Of a DNA stretch of 64,000 nucleotides, positions 18,879 through 27,486 are shown one piece after another. The stretch spans positions 142,002-206,001 of the forward strand of contig CANLTW010000002.1 in NCBI GenBank assembly GCA_947494155.1. The letters run 5' to 3'. The position numbers and the translations under genes were made by a program. The stretch comes from Chlamydiota bacterium. GTDB taxonomy: Bacteria > Chlamydiota > Chlamydiia > Chlamydiales > RGXB01. Below the pieces are notes generated by a model, which saw only the letters and a list, made by a program, of their open reading frames with translations, made no database searches and was not told the origin of the DNA. Numbering within the stretch: position 1 is the stretch's first letter; each line of letters opens with the position of its first letter.

Positions 18879-20092
18879 TCGATCCTCTTGGGTATTTCAG
18901 TATTGTGTGGGTCATGAGTGGGATTGTTTAGGTATTTTGTGAGCCTTTCCTCCATTTCATGATCTAAAATATGCTCCATTTCTTCTGCGCTTTCATGAAT
19001 TCTGGAGCCCGTTACCCCCAACTCTCTGGAGAGATACAGCTCCCAAAGCCGGTGAAGCCGGATCAGGTTTTGCGCTTTTTGTTCCCCTTTTTTAGTAAGA
19101 ACGCCCCCCTTTTGCATCCCTAAAAATGTGAGAAGACAAGCCATAGATGTGCGGATTTTCCTTTTTTTATAAAGGTCTTTAAGGGCATTTTCTATCTGAA
19201 TTTTCAAAGAAAATCTTAAGGCGCGGACGATGCGAATGACAAACCCCTCCTTAGGAGAAAAAAACAAAGAGACAAAGGTGATTGATGCCAACGCGATCAG
19301 AATCAAAGGTCCTGTAGGAATGGTTAACTCCACCTCTAAAGTTTGTGGTATCCAAACAGAAGAAAAATTTCCCACTAATGTGCAAAATGCCCCCATCAGA
19401 GAAGCTAAAACAAGCATTTTCCCAAAACTATGGGTAAATGCTCTTGCAAAAATAGCCGGGGCGATCATCATCCCACTCACGAGCATAATCCCGCAAGCCC
19501 TCGAGCCGATCACGACCGCAAACGACAAAAGGATAAAAAGGAGAACTTCAAACAATTGAAAGCGGTACTTTTGCGCTCGAAAAAAGAGGGGATCAAATGA
19601 GTTCCAACAGACTACCCTGTAGCGTAAAACTACCACGAGAATTGCCAAAAAAGAGATCAATGAAAAGTACAAAACGTGTACGTTCAGCATAGTAGCAGCT
19701 TGCCCATACAAAAAAATAAGCGATTGCTTATAAGCGATAGGGCAGTAAAATTGGGTAATCGAAGCAAAAAAAGTCCCCAGAGCCAGCGAGACAGAAAGGG
19801 TAACGGATAGAGCGACATCTTGCGATAAACGGAATCGCTTCTCTAAAAACCGAAGAAGAGCCACTCCAAAAAGGGAGCTAAAGGCTCCTGCCAAAAAATC
19901 GAGGCCAAGGAATAAAAGTCCTAAAAGAACCCCTATGTAGGCAGCATGGGACAGTGTTTCGGCTAAAAGCGCTTTGCGTCTCACAAAAAGAACGCAGCCT
20001 ATCAAAGAGCAGAAAATCGACAATAACAAAGTCGCGAACGTAGATGCCTGCAAAACCGGGTGCAAAAAAAAGTCGCTTAATGTAAAGCCCAT
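18875..20092 (-). CDS. ytgC: Metal ABC permease fused to a DtxR-like repressor domain (YtgCR)
   Basis: Permease motifs ETLSHAA, FLYGQAAT, plus C-terminal RLHRLWELYL..IHESAEEMEHIL..DPH..IP. Confidence 0.88.
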   Translation of the reverse strand: MGFTLSDFFLHPVLQASTFATLLLSIFCSLIGCVLFVRRKALLAETLSHAAYIGVLLGLLFLGLDFLAGAFSSLFGVALLRFLEKRFRLSQDVALSVTLSVSLALGTFFASITQFYCPIAYKQSLIFLYGQAATMLNVHVLYFSLISFLAILVVVLRYRVVCWNSFDPLFFRAQKYRFQLFEVLLFILLSFAVVIGSRACGIMLVSGMMIAPAIFARAFTHSFGKMLVLASLMGAFCTLVGNFSSVWIPQTLEVELTIPTGPLILIALASITFVSLFFSPKEGFVIRIVRALRFSLKIQIENALKDLYKKRKIRTSMACLLTFLGMQKGGVLTKKGEQKAQNLIRLHRLWELYLSRELGVTGSRIHESAEEMEHILDHEMEERLTKYLNNPTHDPHNTEIPKRID

Positions 20093-20841
20093 CAGGTTTT
20101 CCCTTTACGTACTTTCTCAAATAAATGGCTCGCCTCTTCCAGCAATGTCTCTTTATCGCCGTAAGTTTTTTGCACTGAGTGCGTATCAAATACCTGCTTG
20201 GTAGGCCCAGAACAGACAAGGCGCGAGTTGACCATCACCACCTCATCAAAAATTTCTTCTACATTTGTTAGATCATGGTGCACTAAAATGACCCCCTTGC
20301 CCCGATCTCTTAACTCTCTAAAAAGGGAAATAAGAAGCTTTTCCGTTGCAAAATCAATGCCGGTAAACGGTTCATCAAGAATATAAAAATCCGCGTCTTG
20401 TAAAAGCGCGCGAGCCACAATAGCCCTTTGTAATTGACCACCAGAAACCTCTTGAATCTGTCTATCTTTAATATGCTCTATTCCCAGCCTCTGCATGATG
20501 CTCAAAGCCAAAGAGCGCTCCTTTTTATTATACCATTTCAACCAACCTAGCCGATGATAGGCTCCCATCAAAACAAGATCCAAAATACTGATAGGAAAAT
20601 CGAGATCAATCTCTTTTTTTTGAGGAACGTAAGCGATGGAAACACCCTGCTGCCTAACTGTGCCCGATGTGATAGGCAGTAAACCCAAAATCGCCTGCAC
20701 CATGGTCGATTTTCCCGAGCCGTTTGGCCCAAGAATACCGGTTAGGTTATGGCTTTGAAAAGTCACATTTATATCCCAAATAGCGCACCTTTTTCCGTAG
20801 TAAACGCTCAAGTTCTCCAGCTCAATACTCTTTTTTGTCAT
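20092..20841 (-). CDS. ytgB: Metal ABC transporter ATPase YtgB/TroB
   Basis: GPNGSGKST, SGGQLQR, LDEPFTGID, VHHDL. Confidence 0.9.
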   Translation of the reverse strand: MTKKSIELENLSVYYGKRCAIWDINVTFQSHNLTGILGPNGSGKSTMVQAILGLLPITSGTVRQQGVSIAYVPQKKEIDLDFPISILDLVLMGAYHRLGWLKWYNKKERSLALSIMQRLGIEHIKDRQIQEVSGGQLQRAIVARALLQDADFYILDEPFTGIDFATEKLLISLFRELRDRGKGVILVHHDLTNVEEIFDEVVMVNSRLVCSGPTKQVFDTHSVQKTYGDKETLLEEASHLFEKVRKGKT

Positions 20842-20862
20842 ATGAAAAACCTTAAAATACCC

Positions 20863-21837
20863 CTACTCATCCCCGTACTCTAAGGTGAGCTCTTGTTGAA
20901 TAACCTTGGAATTATGTTCCATCATTTTGATGTAGGATTCTTCCCCCATAGAGTCTGCGTATAGATCTGTTTTCGATAAACGGAGCTCAACCCCCTGCGC
21001 ATGACAGGCTTCAAGAATTTTGTTCAACGAATCTTTGGAGATATTAGACTCCGCAAAAACCACTAGAACCCTATTTTTTACCACATGTTGAATAATTTTT
21101 TGGATGTCTATTGCCCCTATTTGTCCATCAGGCGAAACCCCTTCGGGGGCAAAAAAATGGTCTTTAAAATCCCCCAAGGCTCCATTATCCACCAAGTAAC
21201 GCCTTGCAAAATACTGAAACGCATCATGGCTGGTTACCAAATACCTTTTTTCAAGAGGAATTTTAGACATCCTTACCCGGATCTTATGATCTAGCTGATC
21301 CAATTCGAGCAAAAGCTCTCCACCACGAATAGCATACTCCCCGCTATGATCCGGATCTATCTGCTGCAAAGCCTCTACAATATAAGGGACCGATTTGCTG
21401 AAAAGAGAAACATCCATCCAAAAATGGGGATCTAACCCCTCATCCATGGGTAGAAACAGCCCAGGGGATTGCGCGTAAATACGATCCCCCAAAAAGAGGG
21501 TTTTGCTCTTTTTTAGCAGAGCGCTTAAGCTCCTGCCGTGCTCTAAATGCAGCCCATTAGCTACAACAAGATCGGCTCGACGAAATTTCTCTTTGTCCCC
21601 CTTTACAAGCTGGTAGCTATGCGGATCCAAATCCTCATCGATCAGGGTCCAAACATGCACCCTGTCTCCTCCAACTTTTTCCACAAGGCTTGCGCACATT
21701 CTTGTCGTAGCCAAAACATGGATTTTTTTGGATTGGGGATCCATCCATTTTTGCAGATCAGTAGAGGTATCGTAGGGGGTGCGAAACCATAACAAACTCA
21801 ACAGAGGAACTATCCAGAAAATTCTTAAAAATCGCAT
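20863..21837 (-). CDS. ytgA: Metal ABC transporter substrate-binding protein YtgA/TroA
   Basis: DPHSYQ, NGLHLEH, DPHFWMD, TSHDAFQYF, LYADS. Confidence 0.9.
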   Translation of the reverse strand: MRFLRIFWIVPLLSLLWFRTPYDTSTDLQKWMDPQSKKIHVLATTRMCASLVEKVGGDRVHVWTLIDEDLDPHSYQLVKGDKEKFRRADLVVANGLHLEHGRSLSALLKKSKTLFLGDRIYAQSPGLFLPMDEGLDPHFWMDVSLFSKSVPYIVEALQQIDPDHSGEYAIRGGELLLELDQLDHKIRVRMSKIPLEKRYLVTSHDAFQYFARRYLVDNGALGDFKDHFFAPEGVSPDGQIGAIDIQKIIQHVVKNRVLVVFAESNISKDSLNKILEACHAQGVELRLSKTDLYADSMGEESYIKMMEHNSKVIQQELTLEYGDE

Positions 21838-22109
21838 GGAATATCCCTTAATTGTTTATGCCCGTAAATCCCCTGTTGGCACCCTTTAAGAAAATAAAAC
21901 TTCAACCCAAAACGCCCCACTGTCGAAACTTTAGAGACGCTGACGCCTGGATGCGCTACAGCTTGCCCCCCTTTGCATCTTGTGCAACCACAATTTTTTT
22001 GGACGGTTTCTAAATGTAACTTTTTGACCACCCCATCGCTGTAGGTTAGCTCAATCGTTGTCGCTCCGATTTGCCGCATTTCAAGTAAAATCTCTTTCAT
22101 GTTTGCCAC
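21825..22109 (-). CDS. DUF971 / GBBH N-terminal-like small Cys-rich protein
   Basis: CGCTRC, VGRFGLKFYF..G...GIY; directly downstream of Mrp. Confidence 0.7.
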   Translation of the reverse strand: MANMKEILLEMRQIGATTIELTYSDGVVKKLHLETVQKNCGCTRCKGGQAVAHPGVSVSKVSTVGRFGLKFYFLKGCQQGIYGHKQLRDIPCDF

Positions 22110-22927
22110 TCTAAAGTTTGCTTAAACACCTCGGGGTGCAACGTTTTGTCCAAAAGCTGCAGCAACTCCTCTTCAAAAGTTAAAAAAGCTTGCGTAGCGC
22201 TACTTAATCTTGACTGCATAAAAGGGTTCTCTCCCTGATCCAAAAGCGCTGCAAAGTGGGGATCAAAAGGGATTTTTTGAAAGATTTGCGCATTGGTAAT
22301 TTCTACCAACGGTTGCAAATCGACTTTTCCAAAAAGGGGCTGGTCAACACTCGACTGAGCCGCAATTGAAGCCATATTCTCTACAATAGAGAGGATCGGG
22401 ACACCCATTTCCAAAAAAGAGCTCGCCGCTTTCTCTACATCGCTTTGGCTCATACGATTGGGCAAGCTCACCAGCACAACACCTGAAAACGCCCACTCTT
22501 GAAGCAAACAAAGATGCACATCTCCTACTCCCGGAGGAAAATCGACATAAAGAACATCTAATTCACCCCAATCGACTTTATGGATACATTGCTGTAAAAA
22601 CATATTTACAACCGGTGCTCTGAATGCGGGCGATTGGTCTGCAAACCCAAAATGGGTAATCGAGAGCACGCGGATACCTGCACTTAGGGCCGGCTTGATA
22701 CTGTCCCCTTCAACCTTTATAGGTGCCTCTGCGGGAAATAGGATTGGAATCGAGGGGCCATAGAGATCCGCGTCCAAAACCCCCACTTTAAGCCCCCTCA
22801 AAGCGGAGGAACGCGCCAAAGCTGCACATACAGTAGACTTGCCGACGCCCCCTTTCCCAGCAGCAACTGCAACCAATTTTTTTATTTTAGAGCCCTTTTG
22901 GACTTTTTGCAAAATATTCAACGCCAT
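22097..22927 (-). CDS. mrp: Mrp/ApbC/NBP35-family P-loop ATPase (Fe-S carrier)
   Basis: GKGGVGKST, DADLYGPSIP, WGELDVLYVDFPPG.GD, VENM. Confidence 0.88.
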   Translation of the reverse strand: MALNILQKVQKGSKIKKLVAVAAGKGGVGKSTVCAALARSSALRGLKVGVLDADLYGPSIPILFPAEAPIKVEGDSIKPALSAGIRVLSITHFGFADQSPAFRAPVVNMFLQQCIHKVDWGELDVLYVDFPPGVGDVHLCLLQEWAFSGVVLVSLPNRMSQSDVEKAASSFLEMGVPILSIVENMASIAAQSSVDQPLFGKVDLQPLVEITNAQIFQKIPFDPHFAALLDQGENPFMQSRLSSATQAFLTFEEELLQLLDKTLHPEVFKQTLEWQT

Positions 22928-23163
22928 GAAGGCTATTATATTAAATGATCAAATCAAGAAAAACAATCATTTATAGAGTAAATATTTTTTTTAAACCATG
23001 TCAGAGAAAAATGGGAAAAAATTTTTATTTATTGATACAAGTTTAAATTTTAATTTTGCTTGCTTTTGAAACACCCGTGTGTTAAATATTACTTTTAAAA
23101 TAGGTAAATCAAAAGAATCAACCTATTAAGCTGATTTAACATTAAGCAGTAGGACTTTAAGGC

Positions 23164-23652
23164 ATGAGCTACACTAAGGAAAATAAATCCGAGGCAAAAG
23201 CGCTTGAGGACTTCGAGGCAGTCGTTGCACGGGCTATTAAAAAAGTAGGCGCGCGTAAGGAAAATGAGCTTTGCAAGTATATACCAATGACCACGGGAGG
23301 GTATATGCACCATTTTACCCTTAAAAAAATGAAACGCCGAGACCCCAAAGAACTGTCAACTTTGATTGAAAAATTTATCCTTTCCCCTTCAGCCCCCTCC
23401 AGCATTTCCCCAAAGCAGAGAGCTCCTAGGGGAAGTCGCAAAAAAAAGGACATCCCTCACCTCAGTCGCACCCAAATCGAGCAAATGATCGCTTTGGCAA
23501 GAAGTGCCAACGCTAAGGAAATACTCGCCCTTTTAACCCCGAAAAAGTCCCTGGCATCCCTCAAAAAAGAGCTGATCCAATCGATTCGCCAAGAGAGGGT
23601 TGAAGAGGCTCTATGGTCGAGTTACGTCGAGGCAGTCTCCTCTCAAGTCTAA
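23164..23652 (+). CDS. ddbA: Chlamydia-specific basic protein, CT066/DdbA-like
   Basis: KENELCKYIP..GGYMHHFTLKKMK, PKQRAPRGSRKK; located between ytgA and npt1, as recalled for C. trachomatis CT066. Confidence 0.75.
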   Translation: MSYTKENKSEAKALEDFEAVVARAIKKVGARKENELCKYIPMTTGGYMHHFTLKKMKRRDPKELSTLIEKFILSPSAPSSISPKQRAPRGSRKKKDIPHLSRTQIEQMIALARSANAKEILALLTPKKSLASLKKELIQSIRQERVEEALWSSYVEAVSSQV

Positions 23653-23676
23653 CCAATTTTAAAATAATCTTTTTAC

Positions 23677-23716
23677 ACCCGATCTTTTCCTAAAGTTAGA
23701 TCGGGTTTTGTTTTTT
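23677..23716 (+). terminator. Intrinsic terminator after the ddbA-like gene
   Basis: ACCCGATCT...AGATCGGGT followed by a T-rich tract. Confidence 0.7.
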
Positions 23717-23729
23717 ACCGATTCGCCCC

Positions 23730-23757
23730 TTGCATTAAATCCAAAAGAGGGTAAAAT
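23730..23757 (+). promoter_or_regulatory. Putative sigma66/70 promoter of npt1
   Basis: TTGCAT-N16-TAAAAT about 100 bp upstream of the ATG. Confidence 0.5.
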
Positions 23758-23854
23758 AGTTGTCTGATAATACCCCCCTAGTCGGTCGCCGGTTTAACCG
23801 CGCGCACATTAAAAAAATTTTTTACTAGGGACAGTTTTAGAACAAAGGAAACAT

Positions 23855-25432
23855 ATGTCTCAACAAGCGACGGAAGAGTTTAGCGGATGGCGCAAGCTGC
23901 TCTGGCCTATCCACTCTTTCGAAATTAAAAAGTTTTTACCTATGGGCATCATGATGTTCTGCATTCTGTTTATTTATACAGTTTTGCGGGACACAAAAGA
24001 CGCGATCCTCGTGAACGCACCGGGTGCCGGAGCAGAAAGCCTTGCTTTCGCTAAAGGTATCGGAGTGACCATCTCGGCAGTCCTTTTCATGGTCCTATAT
24101 ACAAAGGCCGCAAACATCTTCAAGCGTGAAGGGCTTTTCTATGTCACCGCTCTCCCCTTTTTAGTCTTCTTCGGCTTGTTCCCCTACTTCATTTACCCGC
24201 ACGTGGGCACACTCCACATGAGCCTTGAGACTATCCAGTCGCTTCAAGCCTCTTACCCTGTCTTCAAGTGGTTGATCCCGCTAGTCGGCAACTGGACTTA
24301 TACAACGTTCTACATCCTGTCAGAGCTCTGGGGTAGTGCTGTATTGTCTCTTCTTTTCTGGGCATTTGCTAACTCAATTACCCCTGTAAAACAATCGCGC
24401 CGTTTTTACGGAATGTTCGGATTCATCGGAAACTTCGGTCTTCTTTTGTCGGGTCCTGCAATTATCCTTGTATCACAATGGATCAATAGCCTCGGTTTAG
24501 CCCGTTTTGAATCCACAGGTTTGATGCTCAAAGTCTTGATGGCGTTCGTCATCTTGGCCGGCGTTGTCCTGATTGGAACCTTCTACTGGATGAACCGCGC
24601 AGTTCTTACCGACATTCGCCACTACAACCCGGAAGAAATGGGCGAAGGCAAAAAGAAAAAGGCAAAGCTATCTATGATGGACAGCTTCAAGCTTATTCTC
24701 CAATCCCCTTACCTTGGTTTCATCGCGATGCTTGTACTTGCCTACGGCGTCTCTATCAACCTTTTCGAGGGTGTTTGGAAAGGGCAAATCAAGATTGCTT
24801 ATCCTAACGAAGTAGAGTACAACCAGGTGATGGGTGGTCTTTCTACCCTTACAGGTGGTATTGCTGTAGCTCTCATGTTGGTGGGAAGCAACCTCTTGCG
24901 TCTTCTCAGCTGGAGAACCTGCGCCTTGATCACTCCGGTGGTATTGATTTCAGGTATCCTTGTGTTCTTTGGAGTCATCCAATACAACAACATGCTGATC
25001 CCTGGCGGAATGCAGATTATCCAAGCGATCAAAGAAGGGATTATCAATAAAGAGTCTATCGTATTTGCCGTGATTGTTGGTTTATTTGTCAACGCGTTCG
25101 GTAAAGCGGTAAAATACTCTCTATTCGACCCAACAAAAGAGATGGCCTACATCCCGCTCGATCCTGAACTTAAAGTGAAAGGAAAAGCGGCCGTAGATGT
25201 TATCGGTGGTCGTGGTGGAAAATCTCTTGGTTCCTATGCCCAAATGGGATTACTCACAGCCTACTCCGGCAGTGCGCTTTACCAGCTAGCTCCTATCATC
25301 GCCCCGATTGCGGTGGGTGTAGTAGCTCTCTGGATCCTCTCCGTGTTCAAATTGAATACGAAGTTCAAAGCGTTGACAGAGCAAAAAGCTGCTGAGGCAA
25401 ATGCCAGTAGTCAACCAAGCCCAGCCACTTGA
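23855..25432 (+). CDS. npt1: ATP/ADP translocase (NTT/TLC family)
   Basis: LWPIHSFEIKKFLPM, LRDTKD, SELWGS, KYSLFDPTKEMAYIPLD..KVKGKAAVDV.GGRGGKS. Confidence 0.95.
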   Translation: MSQQATEEFSGWRKLLWPIHSFEIKKFLPMGIMMFCILFIYTVLRDTKDAILVNAPGAGAESLAFAKGIGVTISAVLFMVLYTKAANIFKREGLFYVTALPFLVFFGLFPYFIYPHVGTLHMSLETIQSLQASYPVFKWLIPLVGNWTYTTFYILSELWGSAVLSLLFWAFANSITPVKQSRRFYGMFGFIGNFGLLLSGPAIILVSQWINSLGLARFESTGLMLKVLMAFVILAGVVLIGTFYWMNRAVLTDIRHYNPEEMGEGKKKKAKLSMMDSFKLILQSPYLGFIAMLVLAYGVSINLFEGVWKGQIKIAYPNEVEYNQVMGGLSTLTGGIAVALMLVGSNLLRLLSWRTCALITPVVLISGILVFFGVIQYNNMLIPGGMQIIQAIKEGIINKESIVFAVIVGLFVNAFGKAVKYSLFDPTKEMAYIPLDPELKVKGKAAVDVIGGRGGKSLGSYAQMGLLTAYSGSALYQLAPIIAPIAVGVVALWILSVFKLNTKFKALTEQKAAEANASSQPSPAT

Positions 25433-25474
25433 TGAGGCAGGACAATAGTCCGGGCAACAAAACCCCACCCTTTT
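25417..25474 (+). repeat. 58-bp inverted repeat, left copy (npt1 3' end plus first arm of its terminator)
   Basis: 54/58 identical to the reverse complement of 27644-27701 (hand alignment). Confidence 0.95.
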
Positions 25475-25492
25475 GAGGTGGGGTTTCTTTTT
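25459..25492 (+). terminator. Intrinsic terminator after npt1
   Basis: AAACCCCACC-CTTTTGA-GGTGGGGTTT followed by CTTTTT. Confidence 0.8.
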
Positions 25493-25605
25493 AAATCCAC
25501 TTGAATTTCCACATTCTCATCCGCCCTTGGATGTTCTCTTTAAGGTTAATCTGTTTTTGTGCTAGAATCTCTAGACGAGTTTTTTTAAATAACCCCTTAC
25601 TGTTC

Positions 25606-27420
25606 ATGAGCGCTTACAAACTAGAAAACATCCGCAATTTCTCCATCATCGCCCATATCGATCATGGTAAGTCGACCCTATCGGATCGCCTTTTGGAAAT
25701 CACTGGAACCGTAGCCAGCCGCGACATGCAGGCGCAGCTTCTGGACAAGATGGATCTTGAGCGCGAAAAGGGGATCACAATCAAGTGCCATCCCGTCACC
25801 ATGCGCTACAAAGCGCCGGACGGGAACGAATACACCATCAACTTCATCGATACTCCTGGGCATGTCGATTTTAGTTACGAGGTGTCCCGCTCCCTATCCG
25901 CCTGTGAAGGGGCTTTACTTGTTGTCGACGCCGTGCAAGGGGTACAGGCGCAAACACTGGCAAATGTTTATCTAGCGATCGATCGGGATCTCGAAATTGT
26001 CACAGTAATCAACAAGATAGACCTGCCGGCTTCGAACCCCGAGGAGGTCAAAAAACAGGTCGAGGAGATTATCGGCCTCGATGCCTCCAAGGCGGTCCAT
26101 TGTTCAGCCAAAGCAGGTATCGGGATACAAGAGGTTCTCGATGTTATCGTGAATGATATCCCAGCTCCCAAACCCCCAAAAGATGATGTGCTAAGGGCCC
26201 TTATTTTTGACTCCCACTATGACACCTATAGAGGCGTGATGGTCTATATTCGTGTGATGTCGGGTGAAGTGAAGAAAGGGACAAAGATCCTTTTGATGGC
26301 TACCCAAAAGACCTACGAGGTGCTGGAGGTGGGTATATTTGCTCCAAATGACAAGCCGACCGAAACTCTCAGACCCGGCGAGGTGGGGTACATTCTGGCA
26401 AACATCAAAAATGTTCACGATGTGAAAATTGGGGATACGATCACTACAGACCGTTTTGGAGCAGCAGAACCGCTCCCCGGTTTTCGCCAAATCAAACCGG
26501 TCGTTTTTGCCGCAATCTACCCTGTGGATACAGGCGATTACGAGTCTTTAAAAGATGCCTTGAAAAAGCTGCAGCTCAATGATGCGGCCCTTTTTGCGGA
26601 AAATGAGAATTCCCAGGTCTTGGGGCTTGGATTCCGTTGCGGATTTTTGGGTCTATTACACCTGGAGATCATTTTTGAGCGCCTCAGACGTGAATTTGAT
26701 CTCGATATCATCACCACCTCTCCTAGCGTTAAGTACAAAATCCACAAGACCGATGGCTCGATCCAAGAGATCGACAATCCTGCCCACTACCCCGATCCAA
26801 CTCACATCAAAATGGTGGAGGAGCCTTGGGTCGTCTGCCATATTATCACTCCGAAAGAGTACCTTGGCGGTATCATGAGTCTTTCTATGGACAAACGGGG
26901 TGTTTTAGAAAAGACCGAGTCGGTTTCAGGGGATCGCCTACTATTGACTTACAAATTTCCGCTTAACGAGATCGTTACCGACTTCAATGACCGGCTAAAA
27001 TCGATCACCCAAGGGTATGCCTCGTTTGACTACGAGTCAGATCACTATGAAAAGGGTGATATCATCAAGCTGGAGATACGGGTCAACGAAGAGACTGTGG
27101 ATGCCTTTTCGGTCCTCGTGCACCGCTCAAAAGCGGAGCGTCGCGGACGCGGTCTTTGTGCAAAGCTTAAAGAATCGATCCCAAAACACCTCTTCAAGAT
27201 TCCCATCCAAGCGGCTATCGGGGGCAGCGTAATTGCTCGCGAAACGATCAGTGCGCTCGCTAAAAACGTCACGGCAAAATGCTACGGTGGAGACATCACA
27301 CGTAAACGTAAACTTTTGGAAAAACAAAAAGAGGGTAAGGCGCGCATGAAGGAATTTGGCAGCGTCCAAATTCCGCAGGAGACTTTCATCGATGTCTTGA
27401 AAACCGATGCCGATGGTTGA
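25606..27420 (+). CDS. lepA: Elongation factor 4 (LepA)
   Basis: [65 protein letters not shown]; start set at MSAYKL. Confidence 0.98.
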   Translation: MSAYKLENIRNFSIIAHIDHGKSTLSDRLLEITGTVASRDMQAQLLDKMDLEREKGITIKCHPVTMRYKAPDGNEYTINFIDTPGHVDFSYEVSRSLSACEGALLVVDAVQGVQAQTLANVYLAIDRDLEIVTVINKIDLPASNPEEVKKQVEEIIGLDASKAVHCSAKAGIGIQEVLDVIVNDIPAPKPPKDDVLRALIFDSHYDTYRGVMVYIRVMSGEVKKGTKILLMATQKTYEVLEVGIFAPNDKPTETLRPGEVGYILANIKNVHDVKIGDTITTDRFGAAEPLPGFRQIKPVVFAAIYPVDTGDYESLKDALKKLQLNDAALFAENENSQVLGLGFRCGFLGLLHLEIIFERLRREFDLDIITTSPSVKYKIHKTDGSIQEIDNPAHYPDPTHIKMVEEPWVVCHIITPKEYLGGIMSLSMDKRGVLEKTESVSGDRLLLTYKFPLNEIVTDFNDRLKSITQGYASFDYESDHYEKGDIIKLEIRVNEETVDAFSVLVHRSKAERRGRGLCAKLKESIPKHLFKIPIQAAIGGSVIARETISALAKNVTAKCYGGDITRKRKLLEKQKEGKARMKEFGSVQIPQETFIDVLKTDADG

Positions 27421-27450
27421 TCAACGGGTACTAAAAAAACTAACCTCGAC

Positions 27451-27486
27451 TTTACAGTAAAATAGTTTTTTATTATCCGTGGGCTT
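27451..27486 (+). promoter_or_regulatory. Conserved upstream element shared with the 30427 paralogue (putative promoter with very short or no leader)
   Basis: TTTACA-N17-TATCCG-N7-ATG, identical spacing to 30391-30426. Confidence 0.45.

Noticed and set aside
25501-25605. N-terminal extensions given by the ORF track for lepA (likewise gnd, dnaA, radA, mraZ)
   Set aside because: Upstream alternative start codons; homology begins at later Met residues, and the gnd extension overlaps the tRNA.
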